Assembly (NCBI GenBank): GCA_024704765.1
Contig: JAKMXF010000297.1
Span: 364,921-428,920 of the forward strand
Source of the DNA: Oopsacas minuta
Lineage: Eukaryota > Animalia > Porifera
DNA length: 64,000 nucleotides
Direction of reading: 5' to 3'
Below the pieces are notes generated by a model that saw only the letters and a program-made list of their open reading frames with translations, had not been told where the DNA came from and did no database searches. This document shows, one piece after another, positions 39,469-51,289 of this stretch. How positions within the stretch are numbered: the first letter of the stretch is position 1; each line of letters begins with the position of its first letter. Both the position numbers and the translations under genes were made by a program.

Positions 39469-41459
39469 CTAGTCATAGAATTTCCTTGTTAAGCTAGCAC
39501 CAAACAATATTCCTCTGATCTCTGGAATCATTTGTTTGGAAAGCAATTCGAGTCTGCTCTCAAACGTGTTACTAACAGAGATTGAATGAGTCTTATCGTA
39601 TAGTATTACACCTCCGGAACATTCTTCTGGGAGGAAGTTAACTTTGTTGATTTCTACAACAACCTTAACTCTAGTAGCCTTTGTATACTGATCTATTCCT
39701 GCCGGTATAGCTGCTTTAACCACTTCCATGTCTTGCTTGCGACAAAGGATGTTAACCTGATTAGACAAATATATAAGAATTGTGAATATAGATATACTCA
39801 ATAAACCTTTCTTCCATTCTTCGTTCGCGTATTTGATTATAAGCACAATCATACCATTTTATGATTTACGGCTCTTTACCCATTGTTGTAGTTTAAAATT
39901 ATTGGAAAAAATGCTATGCACCCCAGAGTGGGCCATAGGTCACGAAAATTGATGGGTCATGGGTCATGGTCACAGTTCCATGACACATTACGTATTTCGA
40001 TGTATTGTAAAGTTATTATACGAATTACGCGTCAATAACTTCATAAAAACAAATAAGCTCTGAGATCAATACTGGGCGACTATACTATAGTAAAGTCGGC
40101 ACAATAAAAATATTTGATTTAAATAGAAAATTTTTTTATTTTTTCCAAAACCTGCCGGATAAACAATAATTAAATATTTTTATAAAAAATACAATAATTT
40201 ATTAGAAGTATTAGATACTCTTTGGAGAAATATACGATACGTATATTATACGTATCGTATAGTATACGTATCGTATATTATACGTATCGTATATTATACG
40301 TACTAAAACATATGTGCTTATGTACTTCAAATAAGTTACAGTGGAAACTCGTAATACAAACACCAATGGACGGCAAAATTTGTTCGCCTTGATCGGAGTA
40401 ATTTCAATTGAATAACGATTATAGGGACCTGATTCTGTGGAATTTTTTGTTCGCCAACCGGAAATTCGGATTTATGAGAGTCTACTATACATCTATGATA
40501 CAATAAAACATTTTGATGGTTAACCAATGGTGACCAATGGTCCACTCTGATGCAGTCCCCCCCGTTGTTTGAGTGACATATGTTTGATCTCCATAGACGA
40601 TAAAAATCCAGATTTAGGATGTAATAGCACGTAATAAAATATTAACTAACATGAGGCTCAATAAGCTGAAACAGCCCCTGAGCGATTAGCGAAGAGATAA
40701 TCTGTTGGTACTTAGCCTGATCCTTAGTTATCTCCCCCAGTTTCTTAGCTGCATCACTAAGGATTTTGTCTACATTATCATCACGTGACTTCAGGATAGA
40801 GAGACGGGCCTGATTTTGCTGGTTAGATCGTTGTATCTTTCTTTGCATCTCAACCTGTTTCTCTTTCCTCTCAAAGTAACTCTTCACTTTAAGCTTTTCT
40901 TGTTGCAAGAGTCGACCTATCAACAAAATTAAGTATTTTAATTATCATATAAAATATATAGCATCAGTCAAGGTTCTGGAATTAGTGATTTATACACACC
41001 TGGCCCCTTCTCCCAAGTAATTACACAGGTCTGAATCAATTTACTATATTAATGTTAAGTTATATGGGGATCCAGGGAACATACAAATTTTCTCCCATTT
41101 AATATATTTTTAATAATTCATACAACTAAAAGCATTGTGCTACATATATATGTTAGCACTAATTAGCTAGTACTACGAATATTTATCCAGAGATCATCGC
41201 TATGCTATAACCAAGTATACATCTTGTTGGAGTTTTAAAGTATTCTTAAATTGCAATTCTCATCACTAGACGCTACTGGCAATTGGTGCTGTTGACAATT
41301 GATGTATATTAAAGTAAATATATTATACTTACCTTTCTCAATGTTAAACTCCTCCTCAGCTTTAGTGTCTATCTCTTCCACTTTCTCTCCAGCCTCTTTG
41401 TTGATGAATTCAACCATGTGTTGTATCTGCTTAGATACTTCTGCGTCTGACAGAGCCAT
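39469..41459 (-). CDS. ATP6V1E: V-type ATPase subunit E, 3 exons, 226 aa
   Basis: Exons 41459-41333, 40916-40651 and 39756-39469 total 681 nt. [26 protein letters not shown]|RL; NTFESRL..RGILFG..RKFYD. Confidence 0.96.
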
Positions 41460-42066
41460 ATGTACTACTCAACTGAATTATATTAATGAATCCGAAAAGA
41501 TTAATAACTACAATTGGGTTAAACTGCCAGAATAATTATTAATTTGAGTAAATTCAACTCTAAATTCTTAAATTAATTGGGTAACGTAGATTTATAAAAA
41601 GTAAGTACAAATAAGTAATTATTCTTTTAGAGATAATACTCTGGAATAGCATAATATACTCTAATACGGATTGATAACAATACCAAATGGAAGAGAAGCC
41701 CTGGGTTGGATATGTGAGATTGAATTCAAATGGTACGAGCTGGATACATATGTTTATCATGTACGTCTTCCTACTGTCTGCTCTCAGCTAAGTAAGCCAT
41801 TATAGTATCAAGTTATATCTATGAGCATGGTCAGATTCCAATGTATGCACGTACGTACATAACGTACAGGGAGGTCCAGGATCTGGCATATCCGGGGAGA
41901 ATCCTCAGGTTATAATTATTAAATTGAATTATATACGAAGTTTAGCATTATTAGCTTGTAAAGAAATCAATAAGAGAATTAATATCAAGTAGTGTAGGTA
42001 AGAAGTACGCAGTAACCTTTTAGCAGACAAGCCCCACATGAAGAGATTAATATTATGCTGTATTAA

Positions 42067-43342
42067 CTATAACGACAATCCCAGTAGAATTCCAGAGAGC
42101 AATCCTGTGTTGAGATAACTGTGTTTAGCCAGTGCCTGCCACAACCTGTTTTCTCTCAGTTTTAATAGAATTAATTGTGTGGTAGTCTGACCAAGTTGTT
42201 GTTGTTGTTGTTGTTGTTGTCCCTGATAAGCAGTATTAACAGCCTCGCCTACACGTCCCCAATTAACCTAATTCAAAAATATGTGACTAATTTCAATTCC
42301 TATTTTGATTTTAAAAGAATGAATTAAAACGCGATTAATCTGTGTATGTGTTTGTATTTTCGGAATTGATTGAAGAAACTAGAAGAGCCCCAAGGCTGAT
42401 TTTTGGCATACAGGGGTATTTTGGGCCTGGCTCGGACAAGTGCGAGTCTTAGACTAAAATTCACAACTATGACGAAATTATGACGCCATTGTCACCTTTT
42501 TATATTTTCGAAAATTACATTAATTAGCCACTGCTCAGCCAATATACACGATAGATGGTTGAAATTTGATTCACAGGTACCTCATAAAATGTCAAATGTC
42601 CTGACGTCATCACTTTGAACAATTGCAAACTTATCACGACTCTTCAAAAAAATACAAATAATCCAAATATCAAAAATTTTAGAATTTCTTAATACCCGAG
42701 GGACAAAGTGCCGAGTTTATAAACCAAAAGCCACGTAAGACTTCCAGTATACCACAGAAGGTTATTAAATGGAATTTGGACGAATCATGGAAAATAAAAA
42801 ATAAAAATATCCTCAAAAGTTAAACTCGAGACACGTAGCGTCGAGTATATCCCTTCGCGTAGCGACCCAAAGCACTGACAAATGTAGCTGTTTCATACTT
42901 ATGCTAAAACAAGGGACAAAGCTTAAGGATATTTCCGCCCGTCGCGCAGCGACCTAGCAAGCGAAGCGCGCTAGTAATAACAATAATTCGCTAGCAAACT
43001 TCGCGTTAACACACTTACTTGAACGACTCCTGAGTGGTTAGCCAGCTGTAAAACGATGATACCTGAGGCCAGTAGGAATAGGACGGATGTACCCACCTTA
43101 CGACCCATTACTCCACACGCCCAGCCTGTACCCACACCGATACCCAACTGTGCGAAAGGGTGCTGTCTGGAGACAAGACCAATCACACCCTCCGTATAGC
43201 CTACGATATCTCCTGAGGATGTGCCTGCCTCAAACGGGGGTACATATGGGAGATCAGCTAATTCTGCGGCTAGCTCCTGTCCAGTGTTTCCGCGGAAATA
43301 AGCAACACGTTCTTGAGAGAGCTCTGTATCTGTATCTGACAT
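42067..43342 (-). CDS. FUNDC: FUN14-domain protein, 2 exons, 174 aa, with a Q8 tract
   Basis: Exons 43342-43019 and 42267-42067. QLGIGVGTGWACG..RKVG, LQLANHSGVVQ|VNWGRV, C-terminal GLLSGILLGL. Confidence 0.88.
42339..42974 (+). mobile_element. Non-autonomous Helitron-like element in the FUNDC intron
   Basis: A|TC(tgtgtatgtg...) at the left and a GC-rich subterminal stretch followed by CTAG|T at the right; the 3' end is shared with 34700-34833. The 5' boundary is inferred. Confidence 0.55.
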
Positions 43343-43502
43343 GAGGGATCTAATAATATCTGAAATGAGGAATAAATATGATCAATATAGTGAATATCTA
43401 TTATATCTGTACATTAATTAAGGTAGGAAATTGGATGATATTCTTGTGTAAATAAATCATAAACACTCCTCAGTAAGACTTGGATTAGTGAGCTAAATAC
43501 AT

Positions 43503-45596
43503 TCACTGTATCTGTGTATATATAGTAGCACTTGGTACTAAATTAGCATCTTTAAATGAAGTAATAGGATCAATGTTGTTCAATACAACTCTTGGATGAG
43601 TAGATACTATCTCGAATCTGTCTTTATCTACACCGTGATGTTTTAGATACTCAAAGAGACTCTGGAGAAATAAATAAATCCAATTTAGAAATATAACAAA
43701 ACGTTGTTCTCAGCTTGATATCAAAATACTAAAAAAGCACTCCTAATAGTTTTACATTCTGCAAGGCTACATATTAACCTGAATTGAGTTAGATTGAGAG
43801 AATGTAACAGGTCTTCTAGCCCCATCAGTACATCTTATTAGTATGTGAGTAATAGGCTCTCCTGGTGTAAGAGTAGGATAGTAGTCTGAGTATATCCATG
43901 GAGTATCAGGGATTGAGTTTATAACTGATTGATTAGTATGTTCACAATGCTTTAAAGATGCCTCTATGGCAGTAGACAAGTCTTCATCTTCAGTACAAGA
44001 AGGAATCTGTATCAAAAAGGCAAAAGAATAATTATCTAAGGGTGGGTGTATATAAATCAGTAACACAACCTGAGTAATTTGCTTTGAAGGAAATTCATAA
44101 TTAGAGAGGAACTCTTCAACTACACAATGACATAAAATATTCAGAATCACATAGATATAATATTGGGTTACTAGCTACGTGTATCGACACACCTAGTGAT
44201 GAGAACTTATCGTGGTCTGTTGTCTTGATTTCCATTAATAATTTTCCTAAAAATAAAGTTTGAACATAAATAAACGGTAAGTGTAGTGGGGTCCAAATAT
44301 CAGACCAGAGAATATAAGTGAGTATCATTCCCTAATTAGGCGTTACGATTATATAAAATTACAAATTACCTGTCGTAGAATCCAATATAGCTACATAAGG
44401 TAGAGGATTAACATCATAAAATCTAGAGAACCATCTAACATCAGATCCATCTTTATTAATCTAGAATTAAAACAAATAATACAAACCATGGATGACGTAG
44501 TTCACATCCAAACATATCAATTCAATAAGTACTTGTATTAATTGAAAATAGTAAACACACCTGCCATAATGTAAAATGGTTAACTAAGTGTTTTCTAATA
44601 ACAGCGCTTCTCCAGATGTCTCTGTTGAGAAGATGAGAATTGAAATTGGTCATGTCTTGAATGTTAACTATTAGCCAATTGTCACATTCTTTAGCGTGTT
44701 GTTTCGCCTAAATCAATTATCTGAAAATTTCAAAGATTACTCCCTCTTCTCAAATATCAAATCTAATAGCTTGACATTCATAGTTGATATCAGTTAATGT
44801 TCTATACCTGATCGAAGGAACCTATAAATGCTATGTCTGCAGGAGACTTGTATAAGTCATGAAGTCGTCTAGTCTTCTTTGTAGGACTGCCTAACAAAGA
44901 TTTAATAAATATACCGCCAGGGACACTTATTAGATTATGAAACAAATCTTCTAAAACAAAATTCCATTATGTTGGTTGATATATTTAAAATTCTGTGAAA
45001 TATGAAAAAGGTTGGGAATTGTATATAAGTATATAGTAAGCTGAAAATTACTTGGGTAGTGATCACCATTGAAAACCGAGTCAGTGAGCTTTCTCTTAAC
45101 ATTGTAAGGGTGCTGTAGTCCTTCTAAAAAGCATGTAATGATTAGCATAAATGCATTCATTCAGTCATTGGGTAAGAGTTAGTTAAATTACCGATTGGTT
45201 CTTTAACTAGACACTCCCTTACTCTAGGTTGTAGAGGTCTTAATGCACAGCTAAATATATGTAAATAAAATTAAATATTCAAAGAAATCAACAATTTGTA
45301 CGTACAATATAAACTAACGTATTATCAGATAAAGTAGATTGAAAGTACATAGCAATTGCCTCATTGATATCATCTTGACATGAAGAGAGATAATTTTGTG
45401 CTAAAGATTCATCTGTTTGCGTTATATTCATGAATTTAGTTAGAAGTGACTCAGTTGTAAAGTCCCTCTCTTCACAAATTTTGGGGATATCTTCTTCACA
45501 TTCATTATTCGTATCTAGCTCGGTATAAATCTCTCTTCCATTTCTTATGTCTAAATCTTCACCAAATATATTTGCTCTGTCGCTACCTTTCTTCAT
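43503..45596 (-). CDS. UBXN7: UBX domain protein 7 (UBA-like, UAS, UIM, UBX), multi-exon; start codon uncertain
   Basis: UBA-like KFMNIT..AQNYL..DINEAIAMYF; LHDLYKSPAD..GSFDQ; UAS WLIVNIQD..LNRDIW and LPYVAILDSTTG; UIM EDEDLSTAIEASL; UBX ending LVPSATIYTQIQ*. Confidence 0.85.
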
Positions 45597-45895
45597 TAGA
45601 CATCGGATATATTGCTAAGTTTCTTAGAGCTCATCAATTCCCATCCTCATTTATCCGTGAACCCTCTCATAGACTCAATACAAATATTGACATCCTGTGG
45701 ACCTCCTACTTTCGTCCGTAGCCGTGGACCACCAAGGGGCCCATGACATGGACAGGCTGGGAACCACTGATTTGGAGGAGTAATTTTATCGATTAACTAT
45801 TAAATTATATATTTTCACAATTTCTAGCAATAATTGTAATATGTATGAACTTAAAATATACAAACTAGTGTTGCTGCAATTTGATTTTTTGATAA

Positions 45896-48199
45896 TTAAT
45901 CTTTTCGGTTTTTTATAGCAGCACTAGGTCGTAGCTCTTGCTTTTGTTTTGAAGAAGTTGAGCCTCTGAAGTGCATCAAAACAACTAGAACGAGTCCAGT
46001 CACCAACAAAGTTATAAGATTTGTGTAAGATTTCCCAGAAGCATGACTCAACTGGAACCCAATGTAATTGTCTCTACAGATAACAATGACATCATTCACT
46101 CCATTACTATCAAAGTCAGCAATCACACTAGGTGCTACAGGGGAGCAGGGGAGATCCAACTCACTCTCAATTGTCCCATCTTCAAGAGAGACAAGTGACA
46201 GGTCGCTAATACCCACCACCAGTAAATGTGTCTGCTTGCCGTATGATAGAACACTAAGAGGAGCTGCATGAGGTATGAAGCTATGAGCCATGAGACCCTT
46301 CTTGCCAAAAGGAAGTGGGTTAACTGTCCTTAATCTGAATTTTACTGCATCTCTCCAACCAGCATTCACGTAAGTTTGCCAATTCAGATGTCCTTCTGGG
46401 CCAAAACTAGTAACACGACCATTAGACAGGATAAATATTACGTCATAACTGGTAGCTCCTCCCACATGGAATTTACCTCTGACAGTCTTTGTGAAGTGTA
46501 AGTTAAGAGGAGAGTGTGTGTAGTGTACAGAGGGAACCAGTAGAGGAGGGAGACCTTGTAATTCACTGATGTCAACTTCTTCTTCCCCCCACAGCTGCAG
46601 TTTAACTTGTCTTATGGTGTGTTCCTGCTCTCTAACATTAACATCAAATCCAAGGATTTGTAAAACATCTAATAGAGAAATGGTTACGTGAGAAGCAAAT
46701 GAAGAAGCAAGATTATCGATACCGTGAGGATGGGAACAGAGCTCAGCTTCCCATGCTAACTGACGTCTACCTCCGGAGAGTGTATGGATCTGTCCGCGAC
46801 AGATTTGGAGTTCATTTTTGAGTGTCACCCATTTCTGAGATTCATCCTTACGTTTCCCTTCATCTTCATTCCCTGGATGCAGCTCTACATGAATCTCTTC
46901 TATCTCTCCGTCTCCTGAAATATCTCCCAGCGCGAGAGCACCTACCTGTAACTCTAGAGAAGAGAGAGGTCTACCAGAAGAGAGGTCCAGGAGCTGTATC
47001 TGCTTCTCGGAGTACAGGAATATAGCATCTGGGTTCTGTACACGCTCTGATGGGGAGTGAGGCTTGAGACCTCCAAACAGAAGACCTGACACATACTCCT
47101 GGTCCAGATCCATGACTGTACGGAACTTGTAGTCCTCTGCTTTATTCTTCTCTATGCTTCTGGGTGGTCCCACGCTGTCAACTCTCATTTTAGTATCGTA
47201 TGCACTCGACCAGGTGTAGGGGAGAGCGCGACGGAACGCCCCCTTGTACTCAGACCAATCCTGTTCCCCTCGATGTTTTGAACTCCATTTAGTATCGAAT
47301 TTAAAGTGAGAGTAATTAGGAAATGGACTCTTCCGCTCCTCTTCGAAGTCCCCTGGCTCATGACTCCATCGGGTGTCTCCAGTACGACCGTCTAGTGCGT
47401 AGAGAGAGAAATGATGTAAAACCTTAGTACTCCCCTCTTGGTTACCAGCAGCTCTCATTCTCTGCTCGAGGTCAGGGTACTTAAGCACATCCAGAGCCCC
47501 ACCTACTATTATAGAACCCAAATCTCCCTCTTGTAAGGAGTGAGAGAGAACTAGCAGGGAGGATTCCTTCAGATAGAGAGCGGTTTCTGGGTTTAAAGGT
47601 GAGTCGCTGAGACTGCGAGACCACTGCAACTTCAAATCTGAAGTGAATAGAAATACCATACTGTCATTAGTAAGCACAACGATAGCTTGTCGTCTCAACT
47701 GTCCCATGCCCTTATATGTCTCTAAGAATCCAGTCTCTACATTGATAGCGTGTCTAGGATTGGTGTCAATAGAGGAGAGACTGTAATCAAATTTCTTATC
47801 TAGACGAGGGAGAGGATAATCTGCTCCAGGAGTTACTGAGGCGTATTTAGCTACAACAATATGTCCCTCTGGAAAGGACAGGATTACTTCATTCTCTCCG
47901 TCACTCTCCAGGTCAGTGACCAGGGGATTACTGACACGCTCCCAGTCCTGAGGGTAATATTCATTACTGTACATGTTTGTTTGAATGGGTTGGAAGAAAG
48001 CTGGCTGTAACGAGACTCTATCTCTCATGTTAAATAGATAGCTAGCCACCATTGTAAGTATGATAAGGATGACGTAATCAGATCTCTTCATGCCTAGTTT
48101 CTCCAGGACCCACCTGCCTATACCAGACAAGTTCTGACCCTCTTCATAATGCTTGGAGGTAACAGAGCTAATATAGTTCGTACTGTCTTCAGATAACAT
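45896..48199 (-). CDS. FG-GAP-repeat membrane protein resembling the plant NERD1/At3g51050-type family, intronless
   Basis: MKRSDYVILII, TDLESDGENEVI, GDLGSIIVGG, HHFSLYALDGRTG..RW, GDISGDG, IADFDSNGVNDVIV; C-terminal TM. Family assignment is from recalled motifs. Confidence 0.75.
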   Translation of the reverse strand: MLSEDSTNYISSVTSKHYEEGQNLSGIGRWVLEKLGMKRSDYVILIILTMVASYLFNMRDRVSLQPAFFQPIQTNMYSNEYYPQDWERVSNPLVTDLESDGENEVILSFPEGHIVVAKYASVTPGADYPLPRLDKKFDYSLSSIDTNPRHAINVETGFLETYKGMGQLRRQAIVVLTNDSMVFLFTSDLKLQWSRSLSDSPLNPETALYLKESSLLVLSHSLQEGDLGSIIVGGALDVLKYPDLEQRMRAAGNQEGSTKVLHHFSLYALDGRTGDTRWSHEPGDFEEERKSPFPNYSHFKFDTKWSSKHRGEQDWSEYKGAFRRALPYTWSSAYDTKMRVDSVGPPRSIEKNKAEDYKFRTVMDLDQEYVSGLLFGGLKPHSPSERVQNPDAIFLYSEKQIQLLDLSSGRPLSSLELQVGALALGDISGDGEIEEIHVELHPGNEDEGKRKDESQKWVTLKNELQICRGQIHTLSGGRRQLAWEAELCSHPHGIDNLASSFASHVTISLLDVLQILGFDVNVREQEHTIRQVKLQLWGEEEVDISELQGLPPLLVPSVHYTHSPLNLHFTKTVRGKFHVGGATSYDVIFILSNGRVTSFGPEGHLNWQTYVNAGWRDAVKFRLRTVNPLPFGKKGLMAHSFIPHAAPLSVLSYGKQTHLLVVGISDLSLVSLEDGTIESELDLPCSPVAPSVIADFDSNGVNDVIVICRDNYIGFQLSHASGKSYTNLITLLVTGLVLVVLMHFRGSTSSKQKQELRPSAAIKNRKD

Positions 48200-49334
48200 A
48201 TGACATGTCTAATATTATGTAATATATGTAGCTGTTAGTAAGCCGGAGTAAGTCGGAATAAAACAGATATAATACCATACTTGTCAACCCTCCAGGAATT
48301 TGACGTAATATCCAGGGATAAATTGGATATTTCTAGCAATTTTCTGACAAAATACAATTCATATTATTTAATAAAATTAGAAATACAGGGAAATAGCTAG
48401 AAAGTTTGGTAAGTATGAAATACATAATCTGAAGAAAGATCTAAAAAATATGTCAAATAGGTAAAAAAATATATACACATTTTGTGTATTTTTAGAAGAG
48501 TTAATTCAGTCTAATTAAGTGTCCCTATCTTCATCGTCAGAATAATCATCATCGTAGTCAGAATCTAATCAGATATTTCTATAACGATACGTCGTGCTAG
48601 AAGCTACATCATTACTTTTAGATGGCTGAGGTGGTTCTTCCTTCCTCCTCTCAACTATACGCAGAGTAAGCTAGTGTGACTTTGTGTAAATAGTACGTTT
48701 GTGCACACATATCAATGGCAGAATTAATCCTCACTGGAACTCAAATAGGACGTTAAAATATACTGGAACAACATCCAGGTCACAAATCTCTCCCTCCGTT
48801 ATACAGCATACAGTAAACCTCGTTAGTACGTAAGCGTACACAAGGTTCCGCCAAATTTCTACTCCTTGTGACTTATCTAGAGTTAATATTACCGGAGTAG
48901 ATATTATCAATACAAGTACGTGTCATAGGAAAGGGATTCTGTACTAACCGTACTTACGCATTATCCGAGTTCTAACGAGGATCTACTGTATGCTGCAATA
49001 CTAAGATCTTTAATCTTGTAAAGGTATTAATATGTTGTCAGGGTAATTCTGGACATGTAGGGTACGATTTTTGAAATCTTCAGAGCCTGAAATGGAAGCT
49101 ACAAATTCACAAATTTTCATATGATTATTGATATTCATATTTCAAAATGATGTTAGAAATTAAAAATTACGTTTCAACGACTATAGTCAAGGGTAATCGC
49201 ATATAATCGAGCATGTAGATTCTCATTTTGACACTTGAATCTATATCTACATGATTTATCAGATGATTAACCATTTTTCACGCCTTTAGGACTATACTTA
49301 AAATCTATCAGATGATACTGAAAATTAGGCTATA

Positions 49335-49482
49335 CAGTCAACATTCGCTAACTCAAACATTAGTTATCTAGAGCGAATAGCCACTACCGTTCGTTGTACT
49401 TTTAGTACCTATCGTATCCGTTAACTCGGACATTCGATTTTTCGAACAGATCTTCAGGGTCGGAGTTACAGAATGTTAACTG
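49335..49482. mobile_element. CAGT-type MITE (148 bp)
   Basis: TA|CAGTCAACATTC ... GAATGTTAACTG|TA. Confidence 0.75.
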
Positions 49483-49629
49483 TAGAGTATATTACTTAAT
49501 AATATAATTTTTTACATATCTAACAACTAAACAATATACCGTTTCGCTAATCTCTCTATTGTCATATATCTACGGGGTAGTAAGAGCCAGGTACTGATAG
49601 AAGCAAATTTACTCTTACGTATAAAGTAT

Positions 49630-50338
49630 GTAATCTATATTATTAAATCACAATGAATGTTTGTTTGTTTGTTTGTTTGTCCGTTGTCAAGGAAAGGATT
49701 TACGGTATGCAATTTTGAAATTCTCGCACAACTATGTATTAATCGTGTTTATCAAGGAAGTAAATAGAATTCAATAAAACTTCACTAAAATATATCGAAC
49801 ATGCTGATTCCGATTTTCACACTTTTGGATTAATCATGTGTAAATCTATTGTTGTTTGTATGAAAATAAAGTAAACAACTTATCCAAATTTCAAAATATA
49901 CGTATAGGTTTGCTCTAAACGGCTACCCAGGGGTAAGTAAGTACGCTGAATCCGAATTTCGTATTTTCAAGTTTCTCATATGTAAATTATTGTTGTTTTT
50001 ATGAATATAAAGTAAACAAATTTCAAAATTGAGGTAGAATCATATTTTCAAAGACTATTCTATGATAATCGAGTATGCTGAGTCCGAATATGATATTGTA
50101 AACAACATATTGTGAACATTAGTTATTTTTATGTACATAAAGTAAACAAATTTCAAAATTGAGGTAGAATCAAATTTTCAATGACTATACTGGTATAATC
50201 GACTATTCTGAGTCTGAATATTGTAAACAACATCAATATTATTAAATCTCCATTGTTGTTTGTCTGTTTGTTTGTCCGTTGAATACCTTGAGGCGCAATG
50301 CGCCGAGTTCATCGCGGAGCGACGAGACGAAGGCTCGT
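49630..50338 (-). mobile_element. Dispersed non-autonomous repeat, copy 3, with internal subrepeats
   Basis: Same terminus (..gaggcgcaatgcgccgagttcatcgc..aaggctcgt); tttg microsatellite; repeated aaagtaaacaaatttcaaaattgaggtagaatca. Confidence 0.7.
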
Positions 50339-51289
50339 TACCATTAAATTTGCAGTCAGATCCGCTAATGTGGACGAAAGTCTGCATATTATGGAAGAAT
50401 TTGTTTTATGAACAAGGTCGTCACGACAGGGCCTATGGTCCACATGAAACCGTAATTAGCATTTATCAATAATTATACAATCAGGGTCGCTTAACCTTTA
50501 GCGTGAACTAGCTTATAATGAACTAAGTCGGTGTTCCAATAAAATTATTCCCATTAATCCATAGGATATTAATTAAATTCAGTTCGCATAATAATATAGG
50601 AAGAATTATGAACGAGATTCTTTGTTCAATGAATCTTCATAGTGTACCTGATTTTTCCTCAATTGCTACATTCGTGAATGCACTGCCATTGACCGTGGGG
50701 CTATGTCCAATCACGAGGTATATTCTACTTGCCGAAATATATCTTGGTAAGTAGAATATACCCTGCGGTTTGGCACAGTATAAGCAGCAATACTATTATT
50801 GTATTAACCGGATCTACAAATATCTCTCAGTGTTTCATTTATTGTATTTACTAAGCTAGATAATCGATATTGGAGTTTTAGATTCTGTTCACAAGGTAAT
50901 ACAAATTGTTATAAAACTAGATCGATAGGATGGCAACTGTGTAGATGTTACCGACTCCGAACCGGGAAATACGGGTGACATCAGGAACAACTCAGAGATA
51001 CTGTACAAAATTTTGAGCTGTAATTGTAGGGAACTTTGTATAGAACCAAATTGATGAAATCATAACAGGTGAGGGTAATCACTGAGGAGATTATTTGGAG
51101 GTTTCGCAACAATAATCCTACCCGTATTTATATCATATAAATTAGCATAACAATGTGGCATATTGAATACACAAGATTATCTCTGATTCACTGGGCATAT
51201 AAGTTATACACTAATATTACTATTACTGATATTAGTTAACAATATTTGCATTGGTTCAGAGGTATAATGAAAAGTGCATTGTAATACGC

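Noticed and set aside
40225-40282. Repeated atacgtatcgtatatt units as a CRISPR-like array
   Set aside because: Short palindromic minisatellite without unique spacers, in a eukaryotic intron.
42196-42219. (CAA)8 polyglutamine tract in FUNDC
   Set aside because: Ordinary coding microsatellite in a variable linker.
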